Of a DNA stretch of 64,000 nucleotides, positions 1-10,778 are shown piece by piece; position 1 is the first letter of the stretch; each line of letters opens with the position of its first letter. The DNA comes from Eukaryota sp. TZLM1-RC (taxonomy: Eukaryota > Protista > Metamonada: BaSk clade). The notes below the pieces were generated by a model. That model did no database searches, was not told the origin of the DNA, and saw nothing but the letters and a program-made list of their open reading frames with translations. Location of the stretch: positions 6,229,784-6,293,783 of the forward strand of contig JAUPSS010000004.1 in assembly GCA_040285825.1 (NCBI GenBank), read 5' to 3'. Made by a program: the position numbers and the translations under genes.

Positions 1-312
1 TCTCAGAAGGTGTCTGCTATTCATAGGAAAAAAAGTAAAGAGAAAAAACGATTAAAAAAACTAAGAAAATTAGAAGAAGTTGATATAAACGAATTATTAA
101 ATGATGAAGATTCTAATTTCAATCAATCAAATTCCAATTCAGTGATTCGTGATTTAGAATTTTATTATGGAAATTCATTGCCTTTAAAAGAAAGGCAACT
201 ATTATCCCATTATTTAATGTTACTGACAACTGTTGATTCTTTAAAAGAAAGATTGGCACATTCTGAATCATTATTGAACAAGCTTATTGATTTTCAAAAT
301 AGCAAGAATTAA
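1..312 (+). CDS. 3' part of an unidentified gene (Lys-rich, coiled-coil C-terminus), truncated by the window edge
   Basis: Frame is open from the window start to TAA at 312 and converges on the IFT56 gene; no family recognised. Confidence 0.45.
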   Translation, partial: SQKVSAIHRKKSKEKKRLKKLRKLEEVDINELLNDEDSNFNQSNSNSVIRDLEFYYGNSLPLKERQLLSHYLMLLTTVDSLKERLAHSESLLNKLIDFQNSKN

Positions 313-365
313 TTAATTTTCATTTATTGCTTTGGTGAATATTTTCAACAGTATAATTACATAAT

Positions 366-2114
366 TTACAATGAAATTCCCTTAATAGCAGCATATTTTG
401 TTATTGTTGTTATAATTTGATTAATAGTAGAGTCATTATTGGCATCTCCCTGCAAAATGGTTACTATTTCTGGTAACAATTCAGGCTGCAGGTACCCTTC
501 GTAAATCTTTTTTAGTACACCTATGCAACTATTCTTTTTTCCCAATAAATAATCCACATTTGGATCCAATCTACATAAAAGTTCATATGCTTTTGCTGAG
601 TAAAAGTAAAATTCCAATTTGTAGCAATCATTAGCAATTAACGTTAAATAATACATTGAATCCACACTCTCTGCAACTTGAACAGCTTCGTGGTAGAATT
701 TCCAAGCCTGATCAGGTTTTCCATTTTGAATAAATGATTTAATTAACCATGAACAATAATTAGGGTTTAATTTCAACTCTAAATCAGTTATACTGAGGAA
801 GGCTTCCTCTGCTTCCTTGAAATTTCCAGTTGCAGCCAAAGTGATTCCATAATTAAAATTAAAATCATCATCATTAGGAAAGAAATCAGAAATACTTTTA
901 AGATAAATCAACACGTCATCATATTGACCATTCAAGAAATACGCCATAGACATCGCCTGTCTTCCTTGAATAGTATCACATTCAGTTTCCGAAGTTCCGA
1001 CCAGTTGAAAATATTGGGCAGCTATATTCAAATGCTCTTCGCTGGAAGTCTCTTGACCGACTGCTAGGCAAATGAGCCCTTTTAAAACAAATTCATAAGG
1101 CCTTAATGGCTCGTATTCTCGTAGTAATTCATAAGCTTCGGAATAGTCTCCCGCTTTTAAATAAAAAACTGCAAGATTTAATTTAGCTTCAGGAACATCA
1201 TGTACTAGCTTGGGCAGCACCCTGAGAGCACCTTCTCCATTTTTAAAAACTACTATATTATGAAATAGCAAAGCATTCAAAAGTAATTGGGCAGGTGAGT
1301 TATTATTACTAATTAGAGAACTTAAATGATCCAAATACCCATCAATTGAGTCTGAAACCCCTATTTGTTCTAATAAAGGTTGCAACTCCTGGAGAGCTGC
1401 ATCACCTGAATACAACCTGTAAGCACAACAAGCTCTAAGATTGGTTGCAATTATGGAATTTGGATAGCATCTAAGGTATGGTGTTAAGGATTCTACTGCT
1501 GCCTCAAAGTTATCAGATGAGTAATATGATAGAGCAGCATAGACCACCAGACAGAGGGCGTTTGGGTGGCTTGAGACAAGATCTTTGAATGATTCAAGTG
1601 CTTCTGAATGCTGAGATCTGAGGTGACGGACACAGGCAAGGGAGAGATGGTCGTGGAGATCATCAGTTAACGAATTAAGGTATTGTAGAAGTTTGGTTTC
1701 ATCACCAGTCTTTTGAGCACATTGGAAGAGGAGTCTAGTGCGGAGAGGGGAAGATGAACACTGAAGGGCAGTGTCCTGGGCTGCTTCTATGTCATTGAGA
1801 TGGAAGAAACAGCAAGCTGCAAGAAGGTTGAGGGTGGAGTCCTTTTTGGCAAGATCCTGATAGATTTCAAGCGCATCTGCATATTCACTGTTGTGGAAGT
1901 GGCAATAAGCAAGCCATAAAAGACGGTCTTCTTCTGGAACATGTTCAGAGTCTTCATCTGTCAAAAGAGAACCTCTTTCTTCAAGAAAACGTAGGTAACA
2001 GATGGCACCAGTCCAATCTCGCTTAGATATATACTCATCAAGTGAAGGAAGAGAAGCCTTGGGCTTGGCACTGCGAGGTACAGCACTGGATGCTCTCTTC
2101 TTAAGCAGAGACAT
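366..2114 (-). CDS. TTC26: Intraflagellar transport protein 56 (TTC26/DYF-13), TPR protein
   Basis: 582-aa TPR ORF with TTC26-type motifs: KRDWTGA, HNIVVFKNGEGALRVLP, QYFQLVGTSETECDTIQGRQ, LIANDCYK. Confidence 0.92.
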   Translation of the reverse strand: MSLLKKRASSAVPRSAKPKASLPSLDEYISKRDWTGAICYLRFLEERGSLLTDEDSEHVPEEDRLLWLAYCHFHNSEYADALEIYQDLAKKDSTLNLLAACCFFHLNDIEAAQDTALQCSSSPLRTRLLFQCAQKTGDETKLLQYLNSLTDDLHDHLSLACVRHLRSQHSEALESFKDLVSSHPNALCLVVYAALSYYSSDNFEAAVESLTPYLRCYPNSIIATNLRACCAYRLYSGDAALQELQPLLEQIGVSDSIDGYLDHLSSLISNNNSPAQLLLNALLFHNIVVFKNGEGALRVLPKLVHDVPEAKLNLAVFYLKAGDYSEAYELLREYEPLRPYEFVLKGLICLAVGQETSSEEHLNIAAQYFQLVGTSETECDTIQGRQAMSMAYFLNGQYDDVLIYLKSISDFFPNDDDFNFNYGITLAATGNFKEAEEAFLSITDLELKLNPNYCSWLIKSFIQNGKPDQAWKFYHEAVQVAESVDSMYYLTLIANDCYKLEFYFYSAKAYELLCRLDPNVDYLLGKKNSCIGVLKKIYEGYLQPELLPEIVTILQGDANNDSTINQIITTITKYAAIKGISL

Positions 2115-2279
2115 CAGCTATCAACAAAGTGAATTAATTCTCTCAATAAAGATTGTAAACTGGTTTATAATTTGAATTTATAATAATAATCATTATTTCC
2201 TAAGAACGAACCCAAATGACGAATATCATCAAGTGTTTACAATTGAAAACATGAATCGAAATAGGAATATCGAACACAC

Positions 2280-3315
2280 AACTAAAGCTCTACATTTTCA
2301 AAACCTGCATCTGTAACATCCCAACAGTTAATTACTAAAGATTATGCCAATCGACCAAAGGAAGAATGTTAATCAGAAATCAATTTCACCATTCCTATAA
2401 ATTCAAGACACAATCCTGTTTTGCCAGTGAACACTAATGAAAATTCTTCCAGTCCTTTCCTTTACAACTACACTGAAATCTTTTAGGAATACCAAAGCAG
2501 CCTTACCTAAAGAACCGAGCAAAACAGAAACAATTGGACATGAATTTTTTTGTTTTTTTTTAATTTTAAAAATTTATTCCATCGAGAAACTCAACAACAA
2601 GAAACTATATTTGAAGTATATTGGGTATGAGAATTTTCATTGACAAAAGAAATAGGTCTAGCGTATTTGACATTTTTGTTTTTTTCTCAAGCAAGAAGCG
2701 GATTATTGACATCAGCATGAATGAAGTGTTCATTAGAAGAATTATAAGGTTCAATAGTCACGGCATCTAGAATGGTGAAACTTCCATTTAAGCTAGCAAC
2801 AACCAAATCACCTCTTGTCAGACCGATAGTAGCTTTTTTGTAACGAATACTATCAATATTGGGGCCATGGAGTATTAATTTAGAAAACAATGGTTCTGAA
2901 AAAAATCTACTCAATATGACTGACACATAACACAATTTGGTCTCTGACAATATCATGTACTTTATTTCTAAATGTAATAAAATGCTTATAGTTTAAAAAA
3001 ATAAGCAAACAAACGAGGTTTACTACATTTACAGGTTGAGTGATTAGGTAAATGGCTTGGCCACAAAAACAAGGAAAACGCTTGTTGAAAAGTCATTCAT
3101 TGTCCTTTAAAAAAAGTTCATAAATTGAGGGAAATTGGGCAACTAAAGGAGCATCACAACTACTACGATTGTCTTTTAAATACTTAATAACAGTGGGGTT
3201 TTTAGTTTTGGCTAAGCTGAGTCTTACTTCATAAATTCAAGTTTTCATATTATTTAATTAGATGGTGCTGAAGCTTTTTCAGCCAAAAAAGTAAATAAAT
3301 GAGGGATCGTTTTGG
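2280..3315 (-). mobile_element. Decayed 3' portion of a CRE-like non-LTR retrotransposon (Zn knuckle + restriction-like endonuclease)
   Basis: Frameshifted CKCSK...HDIVRD, RGD..., LDAVT and WQNRIV segments; C-terminus and short 3' UTR match the relic at 55600-55876. Confidence 0.75.
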
Positions 3316-3319
3316 ATTT

Positions 3320-4269
3320 AAAATGGTCAAGATTTTCCTGTGATGACTCTAAAAGAATTACAACACATTCAAATGTTGCTTAGTAGAATTTTTGCCACTA
3401 AACACAAAATTTAACTCAATGAAGGAAGATCTGCTTCAATTAATGAGGACTTGAAAAATTTCGTTGAAAATAACTATAAGTAGTTAATGGAAACTAATGG
3501 TGGTATTCCGCTTTTTCCCATCAATCCTTGTACTAGATTAAAGGGCCTCCATTGCAGAAACCATTAAATCGAATTTAGAAGTCAATATACAAAAGGGGTA
3601 GGCTCAATATATTGAAAAATTTAATAATCTATATTTTGAGAAAATGGAAGTTGAAGAAGAGATGGCCCAAAGAGAAAAGTCTGTTTTTCGTTGAAGGTTG
3701 CGTCAAATCAAGAATCTTTTTCTTCAAACTAATCGTAACAATTTTCCGACTACCGATGATCAAATTGATAATTTCATTAAACTTTCTGAAGATGAAATCT
3801 TGAACAAAGACAATGAAAATTGTTTGAATCAATCAGCAAAATTTGTTATTTTAGACACTACTCATTCCAAAATTTGTAAATTATTGAAAGATGAAAATTA
3901 GGTGAAATCAGTTTTTCCTGTATCTATTGTAGTAAAAAATTCAAAAAATGAGGAGCCGGTTATTGAAGTTAAATCATTAATTTCCACTGTGCAAAAGCAT
4001 CCCCAATCATTTATCAAATCAGCTATCAAAATTAAGAATTTTATAGAAGAAGCAGAGGGAAAAACATTTAATGTCACTCCAATTGTTCGAAATGAAATAC
4101 CTGGACTTTTTGAAGTTGATAGCCAAGGACTATGGGGTATTGGTGTTCTTTTTTTACAGATAATGAAATTACTGACAAGAACAAGAATTTGGAGTGGAAT
4201 TCAATAGCTGACATTCAACAAATGAGCCCGGAAGAACAAAATTTATTTTGGTCATATTTTTTGAATTTA
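3320..4269 (+). mobile_element. Internal fragment of Fanzor family A (pseudogene, N-terminal/central region)
   Basis: Close nucleotide and protein match to about 22805-21855 (minus), e.g. KSVFPVSIVVKNS..EEP.IEVKSLIS..QKHPQSFIKSAIKIKNF; it ends before the RuvC motifs. Confidence 0.8.
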
Positions 4270-4717
4270 GGACACTTATTTTTTTGTTATAGACATGATC
4301 TGTAACTAATGAAATTAATGAGCTATCTCTCATAGATCAATTAGATTTGTTTCATCGTTTGTTTTACTTATTTCAGCACCTTCTGAATCAAGTTCATGAA
4401 CATTGTACAAACCAAGAATTTGTAGGTATAAGTTCTGCAATTTGTATACAGATAAAAAAGAGAATTTATTCTTATCAACTTCACCGTGAACTATAAAGAA
4501 GCTATAATAACTCAAACTCTAACCCTGACAGGAACAAAAAACACCAGAGGAATACCCTGAATCAAAAAACCGGTTTTAGAGTTGAAGAGGCGTTTCCACA
4601 GTACAATTAGGATGAAAGCAATGGTGACTTACTGAATACAAGCCTTTCAATACTAAAAACTCTTCTTATAACAAAGAACATCAAATATGACCTCGGCTAG
4701 ATTTGAATAAATTGAGG

Positions 4718-4960
4718 TCAAGACTGAGAATCCTCAGCTTTTGTGAGACGTAATAGTTGCTCCACTAGTTGAGGATTCCTTCTACAAAAAAGGACTACAT
4801 CCTGGACATTGATAGTTTTGCGCTTGGCATGTTTTGCAAATGCAACCAGGTCATCAGATAATTGTGAAGAGAATGTTTGGAAAGCAGCTTCCAAGAGCTT
4901 ATATGCTTCATCAGAAAGAGAATATCCTGATTGCTCGACCAATGTCTGAAGAAAATTCAT
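4718..4960 (-). CDS. CENPS: CENP-S/MHF1-like histone-fold protein
   Basis: 80 aa; DLVAFAKHAKRKTINVQDVVLFCRRN matches the CENP-S/MHF1 signature. Confidence 0.8.
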   Translation of the reverse strand: MNFLQTLVEQSGYSLSDEAYKLLEAAFQTFSSQLSDDLVAFAKHAKRKTINVQDVVLFCRRNPQLVEQLLRLTKAEDSQS

Positions 4961-5089
4961 ATAGGGATGTTCAAAATCTCCTTGTTGAACAGAGTGTGAT
5001 CTGATCTAAGAGTGTTGGATGGAATTTGAATCGATGAAGTAGAAACTATTCTTCTCTGGAAAAATACAAAAATGCAGCACATTTATTGT

Positions 5090-6690
5090 AGTAAAAAGCA
5101 AAATTGGCCTCCTTCAACTCCATTTACTGAAATGTGTTTTACTTTCGAATTCTCTAGTGTCTACAATTGTTGATGGTATTAAAATTCATGCCAAATAATA
5201 TTCAATTGATGCTATTCGTCATTTGGGTTCGTTTTTAGGAAATAATGATGAAGTTACCAAAGAATTGTTTGAAAAGTTGAACTCAATTTCCGAAAAAATT
5301 GACAAAATGATGAAATTGGACATACAGTTACATATCAATTTTTTTATTATAAGACCATGTTTTAGTTCCAACTTTAATCATATATCTCGATCTACAAATC
5401 CTCTTATCACTAGGCCTTTGGCTCAGAAGATTAACGAATTACGTGCAAAAATGTTGTCACATTTACTGGGATGTAAAATGTTCCAATTTCTGATTATGCT
5501 TATCTTAGTCCACATTATGGCGGTTTAGGTTGGACAAAGGCCTCTATTCCTACTTCATGTGCTTTTATCGGTGGATGCAGAAATGCGGTATTTGAGTTTT
5601 CTGAATGATTTGCCGATTGGGAAGATTTGTCAATGACAACGCAAAGTTCCACTGTTTTTGCATTAAATGAAGAAATTTCAAAAATTAATGCAGAAAAATG
5701 GGGTCGATGTTTTCCACAATCATTCAATGGCAATATTCCAGAAAAGAATCTTTTAAATTTAAAATACACTCTTCGAACATTACAGAAACGATTGACTGGA
5801 ATGTATGAAAATGATCTTTATAATAATAAATGCAGCTCGGCTGTTTTAAATCAAGATCTTCACTCATTGTTGGTGGAAAAGGGTGTTTGTGAAAATAGGT
5901 CATCAGATTCTGCACTTTTTGTAACCATTGTACCACGAAGATTTGAATTGTGTGCCACTAATGAAGCATTTGTAACAAAAATGAGATTATATTTGAACAT
6001 CCCCATTAATCAATTATTATCAAAAGAAAAATGTATTTGTTCGAATTCACCTCAACTCACTTTGAGCCATGCTCTGAATTGCTCTAAATTGATAACTTAT
6101 CGTTCTTCATTACATGATGCTGTTAGAGACACTGTTTTCAATATGGCACAAACTGCAAGGATATCGTGAATCAATGAGCCCCTGCTGAAGGAAACACTTT
6201 CTCTGAATAATTTTGATTCTGATGATAGAGGTGATGTATACTGTGATTGGATTGATAATTCTGAAGCTATTGTTGACTTTGTCTCATGTAATGTTGCAAA
6301 TGATACTTTGGTTCACAGAAGAAAACTTAATCCTGTGGCTGCTCTGGATTTTAAAGCAAAAGAGAAACATAGAAAATATGATAAAGATATTGAAGAGGCT
6401 AATGTCGATAGAGATCCACAGCTGGTTTTTATTGCTCTCCCATTTTCGATAAATGGAAGATTATCAGTTGAAGCAGAAACGTTTTTGAATGACTTCCAAA
6501 AAATGATGCAAGAAAAAACAATGAGAAGATTTGATATTTTTTTATGGCGTTCACGGATTCAATTTGCCATTATTAATAGATTACCTCGGTTTTTCAATCG
6601 AATAAGAGAAGCTTTAGCTAGACAGCAAGCAGATCAAGATTTTGTAGAGGAAATCTTGGTTCAATGATAGTCGTCCCATTAGTTGATTTG
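5090..6690 (+). mobile_element. 5'-truncated CRE-like non-LTR retrotransposon relic, family R1 (RT thumb, Zn knuckle, RLE)
   Basis: HLGSFLG, YGGLGW, CICSNS..HALNC, HDAVRD and DRGDVYCDW motifs, ending EEILVQ*; several stops; near-identical to 60600-61920. Confidence 0.85.
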
Positions 6691-6984
6691 ATGGTGTCAC
6701 TAAAGGGTATTTATATTGAGTCAGCTGATTCTCATAGAAAAGTGTTTTTACACGTTTCAAACGTGTGTTCAATACATCAGCTCACCTTTTTCTGATGGTA
6801 TTTTATACAAAGGAGCATTTCTTTGTCTCAAATGATTTTCGTTCATTGTCCACACAGCTATAAAAACAACTTTTGTCTTGATTGACAAAATGTTTAACAT
6901 GAGCTGAATCAATTGAATTGAGCTGATTTGACAAAAAAATTTATTTAATATATCATTTTGTGTATTTATTGAATTTGCACACTT

Positions 6985-7355
6985 AATTAAATTAACTCAT
7001 AACTGATGGGACGACTATCATTGAACCAAGATTTCCTCTACAAAATCTTGATCTGCTTGCTGTCTAGCTAAAGCTTCTCTAATTCGATTGAAAAACCGAG
7101 GTAATCTATTAATAATGGCAAATTGAATCCGTGAACGCCATAAAAAAATATCAAATCTTTTCATTGTTTTTTCTTGCACCATTTTTTGGAAGTCATCCAA
7201 AAAAGTTTCTGCTTCAACTGATAATCTTCCATTTATCGAAAATGGGAAAGCAATAAAAACCAGCAGTGTATTTCTATCGACATTAGCCTCTTCAATATCT
7301 TTATCATATTTTCTATGTTTCTTTTTTTGCTTTACAATCCAGAGCAGCCACAGGC
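6985..7355 (-). mobile_element. 3' end of family R1 retrotransposon, inverted
   Basis: Encodes the same C-terminus ...RQQADQDFVEEILVQ* and the same 3' UTR as 6340-6690. Confidence 0.85.
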
Positions 7356-7385
7356 TATTATATATTATTTATATATATTTTTATT

Positions 7386-7934
7386 TTAATATATTAAAAT
7401 AAAAGATAAATTGATCATTCTTTTTGCAAACAATGTGGTGAATATTCCACAATCATAGAAATTAGATTGAAAAAATTCCGATAAATTCGGACTGATATTG
7501 ATTCCAATTTGTTTAAAATTTATTGATTCAATTTTTTGATGTTGTTCATCATTATGACGAAGACTATCAACAAGAAAAGCTTTGACTGTTCTGGATTTGA
7601 TCCAGAATGCAACAAGTACCCAATGTTGACCAATGGTAAATTGTTCGTCAACAGATGCAATCAAATTTGATTGATGAAATGGATCATTATAGGATAGAAG
7701 AATCAATGTGTTTTCTTCGTCGCCAGAATTGATCAATTGTGAGCAAAAATTCTTCTTGAACAAATCCCCTAAAAACAATAGGGCTGATGCGATGGGCCAA
7801 ACAAGTATTTTGTGATGTGACAGTGGAGTTGATGACTGATTGTTAAAGTTGTTGATCGAATCAGTGATTTGTTCATCATCTAACCACCTGTCCTTAACAT
7901 CATGACTTTGTTGCCCTCCCTCTGATAAATTCAT
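7386..7934 (-). CDS. Ulp1/SENP (C48) cysteine protease domain, probably element-derived
   Basis: WLDDEQI, catalytic His in QHWVLV, Asp in LVDSL, oxyanion Gln and Cys in QSNFYDCGIF. Confidence 0.75.
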   Translation of the reverse strand: MNLSEGGQQSHDVKDRWLDDEQITDSINNFNNQSSTPLSHHKILVWPIASALLFLGDLFKKNFCSQLINSGDEENTLILLSYNDPFHQSNLIASVDEQFTIGQHWVLVAFWIKSRTVKAFLVDSLRHNDEQHQKIESINFKQIGINISPNLSEFFQSNFYDCGIFTTLFAKRMINLSFILIY

Positions 7935-7975
7935 TTTTTTACAATATATATTGTTGCTATAAAAAGGAATTAAAG

Positions 7976-8510
7976 TTATAAAATTTTTAATAAAAAATTA
8001 TAAAATATTTCATTTGATAGGTCATCAATCTCTTCAAAATAAACACAAAATGAATTGCTCCCTTCTATAAAGAGGCTGTGGGTGGAAACACTGATGTGTG
8101 AAACACATACTGCTTCCAGGTTCGTGCCCCAGACACGACCAGCAAATTCATAGTTAATGTGTTTTGTTGAAGGATTTATAAAATGTTTTTTACTCAATAT
8201 TGTTGAACACTTAATTAAAAAACAATTTATAAAGACTTCATGGTGGACTACTTGGACACATTGACCCTTCTCAACCAAAAAAGAGGAAGAGTCAATGTGA
8301 CCAAGTAGTCCATTTTCAACCAAATGGTAAGGAGAGTCTTCATGAGAAAAAGTTCTCTTATTAGGTGGAATCTCAGGAGGGCTGTAAATGAGCTCCCAGT
8401 AGGGATCAATGCAAGCTTGCTCGTGGATGGTTTCAGATGTAAAAACACGTCATGCAATGCCATGACCATAACTGTTGACTTTCAGTAAAGCACTTAGATG
8501 TTTCTGTAAG
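7976..8510 (-). pseudogene. Decayed SET-domain-like coding region
   Basis: One frame reads YGHGIA*RVFTSETIHEQACIDPYWEL...HFINPSTKHINYEF...SLFIEG, resembling the SET motifs GxGxGVF, RFINHS.xPN and EL..dY; contains an internal stop. Confidence 0.5.
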
Positions 8511-8824
8511 CCACAAGTTATAACAGGATAATTTTCTATCACAATCTAAGTGATTCATTGAAATTGGTCTGGTAATCGGTGGTTCATCACTTTGCATTAC
8601 TAACATTTAATTTTAAAAAAATGTACAAGACTAAATAAAAATCCAAGATGAAATTTGAATTTGAAATTCATTTTTGTTCTTTAATCAAACTGATTTGAGC
8701 AATAACGGTTCAAAAAAGATTCTATCTGCTACTGCCCATGTATAAGGAAGATTGATTTTTACTCGAGAACAAGTTGAACTAAATCTTGCTTTTGTGAATT
8801 TCATTTGCCAGCATTTAACATCCA

Positions 8825-9865
8825 ATGATCTCTGACGACTCAACCATGTTAACAGCTGTCTGCTGTGATTCATCTGGTCGTTTATGTCGTGCTTATGGCG
8901 ATGGTGAAGTGATCATAGCTGCTGACCCCAATTCATCCAATGTACTTAAAATCAAGCATCGGGAGATTGCTGTAGCCTTGTGTTTCGCTTCCTCTTTGGA
9001 CCACGATGTACTTTTCATTGCATTCCGTAATGGCGATGTATTCTGTTTTAACATGACACTCTCTGAAAATCACAGAATTGAACTGTTACCTAATCACCTA
9101 TCAGACGAAGAACAGACAAAAAATGATCATCATATCGTTATTGATTCTACCTCAATGTCTGCGAGATTCAATGAATTCACCAGAACTTTTCACTGTGTTG
9201 TTGGTTTCTACACTGGCCACGTTGCTCTCCTAGTAGTTTCTCTAGATCCAACGTTCAAGTACTCGATTAAGCCCCTCACACCGTCTGTATTACCATTACC
9301 AACTAATACCACGGTCACTTCTATTGCCACACATGTTATCAACAGTCAGACCATTTGTTGTTGTACTTGGTCTGACGGTACTGTCGCTCTTACACTTTTG
9401 GGTTCAAGTGTGCCATTTTTCAAGTTCAGCCAAGAAGGAATTCCTCTAAATGCATTAATAATTCCAACCTTCACATCCCTGGGAAGTAGGCCTTTATTGA
9501 TAGTTTCATCCACAAAAGGTCTGGTTGCTCTTAGTTTAAGTACCTCCTCCGGCTCGACATCGTTCCATCTCAATTGCTCTTGCCGCATTGATTCTTCAGA
9601 TGATCCTTTCATAAGGATTTATCACCCAGAAAATAATGTTAATAGAATCATATTAGGATCACAAAGTGGAAAACTGCATTCAACAACATTTAGTTTATCT
9701 AAAAAAGGAACAAGAGTTGCTCTTTCTGAACCATTACTCTTGTCAGATCAAGAATTACCAGGTTTTCCTGTTGGAATTGTTGTGGATTGTAATGATAATG
9801 TTTCTGCTTTTGATAGTCAGAATTATTCAATTTCATGTGATTTTGGCGAGGAAATTATTGATTAA
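8825..9865 (+). CDS. Hypothetical beta-propeller/WD40-like protein
   Basis: 346-aa intact ORF with repeated hydrophobic strand-(D/N)G-x-V units. Confidence 0.6.
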   Translation: MISDDSTMLTAVCCDSSGRLCRAYGDGEVIIAADPNSSNVLKIKHREIAVALCFASSLDHDVLFIAFRNGDVFCFNMTLSENHRIELLPNHLSDEEQTKNDHHIVIDSTSMSARFNEFTRTFHCVVGFYTGHVALLVVSLDPTFKYSIKPLTPSVLPLPTNTTVTSIATHVINSQTICCCTWSDGTVALTLLGSSVPFFKFSQEGIPLNALIIPTFTSLGSRPLLIVSSTKGLVALSLSTSSGSTSFHLNCSCRIDSSDDPFIRIYHPENNVNRIILGSQSGKLHSTTFSLSKKGTRVALSEPLLLSDQELPGFPVGIVVDCNDNVSAFDSQNYSISCDFGEEIID

Positions 9866-9923
9866 TTTAACAAAAACACAGATACAATTCATTTATAACA
9901 AATAATTTAAAATTAAACTAAAA

Positions 9924-10715
9924 TTAAGCTGTTTTTCTTTTCTTTAATATATGTTTAAGTAAGCCCTTTGTGATTTTCCAAAACCATAAACAATTTAGCC
10001 CATTCAAAACAAATGATGCAAGGGCAATAAAACCTAGATTAAACCAGTGCAAGTCATTAAAAGGAAATTCAGAGTAAATTAAATACGCGGTATAAAACAA
10101 TAAAGACATTCTAAAAACCAAAAAACTCAACCACAGCACAAAGCCATTGACCACAAAGGCTCTTGAACCTTTCCAACCTGGTGCGTGGCTGTAGAACCAG
10201 TGCAGGGAAACAAAGAGATTCGTAGCTTCACAGAGACTCTGGAATGTGGGGTAAAAAATACCATTCTTGGTTAAAACGAGGTAAGTCCACCCAAAAATAC
10301 AGATGATGTGATGAGCAACAAACTCCATACCGAATAAAGGTTTTCCAACAATAATCATTGCAAATAAATCAAAGATGAAATAGCCAGTGGAGATACCGTA
10401 CATGGGAGCAGCTGAAGGGAAACCATTGGCATGATCAGAAGGCAGTGCTTTGGTTGGTTCAATAAACAAAAGATAAACAACAAAGAAAAAGAGGAAGTAA
10501 GCGTGGACAAATGAAACAATTCTGCTTTTTGTCTCAGCTCGTTGAGAAGGGCTAAAGTGTTTAGCATATGCAGACGAAAGAGAAGGTAAGACAATGCCTG
10601 AAAGAACCCAGATTAGATAACAACAAGCGAATCCAAAGACAAACCAATAAGAAAACTGTACTGTAATTGATAATGTAGTAGAGGTGACCACATTCAACAG
10701 CGAGGTCAACAACAT
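9924..10715 (-). CDS. TLC (TRAM/LAG1/CLN8) domain membrane protein, TMEM56-like
   Basis: RIVSFVHA, STGYFIFDL, HH, EATNLF and FLVFR motifs; C-terminal NxxWFxKI followed by a basic tail. Confidence 0.8.
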   Translation of the reverse strand: MLLTSLLNVVTSTTLSITVQFSYWFVFGFACCYLIWVLSGIVLPSLSSAYAKHFSPSQRAETKSRIVSFVHAYFLFFFVVYLLFIEPTKALPSDHANGFPSAAPMYGISTGYFIFDLFAMIIVGKPLFGMEFVAHHIICIFGWTYLVLTKNGIFYPTFQSLCEATNLFVSLHWFYSHAPGWKGSRAFVVNGFVLWLSFLVFRMSLLFYTAYLIYSEFPFNDLHWFNLGFIALASFVLNGLNCLWFWKITKGLLKHILKKRKTA

Positions 10716-10778
10716 TGGTGACTGTGTGTGTTAAATAATGATCTGTAGGATCAATTTTCGTGTGGAATAATACAAACA

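Noticed and set aside
5090-6690. Alternative genetic code or stop read-through to explain in-frame stops in elements
   Set aside because: Stops and frameshifts differ between sister copies, and host genes are intact in the standard code; ordinary decay explains them.
6716-6932. Possible MITE with ~14-bp imperfect inverted repeats; also a 12-bp inverted repeat at 17324-17370
   Set aside because: No TSD or clear second full copy in the window.
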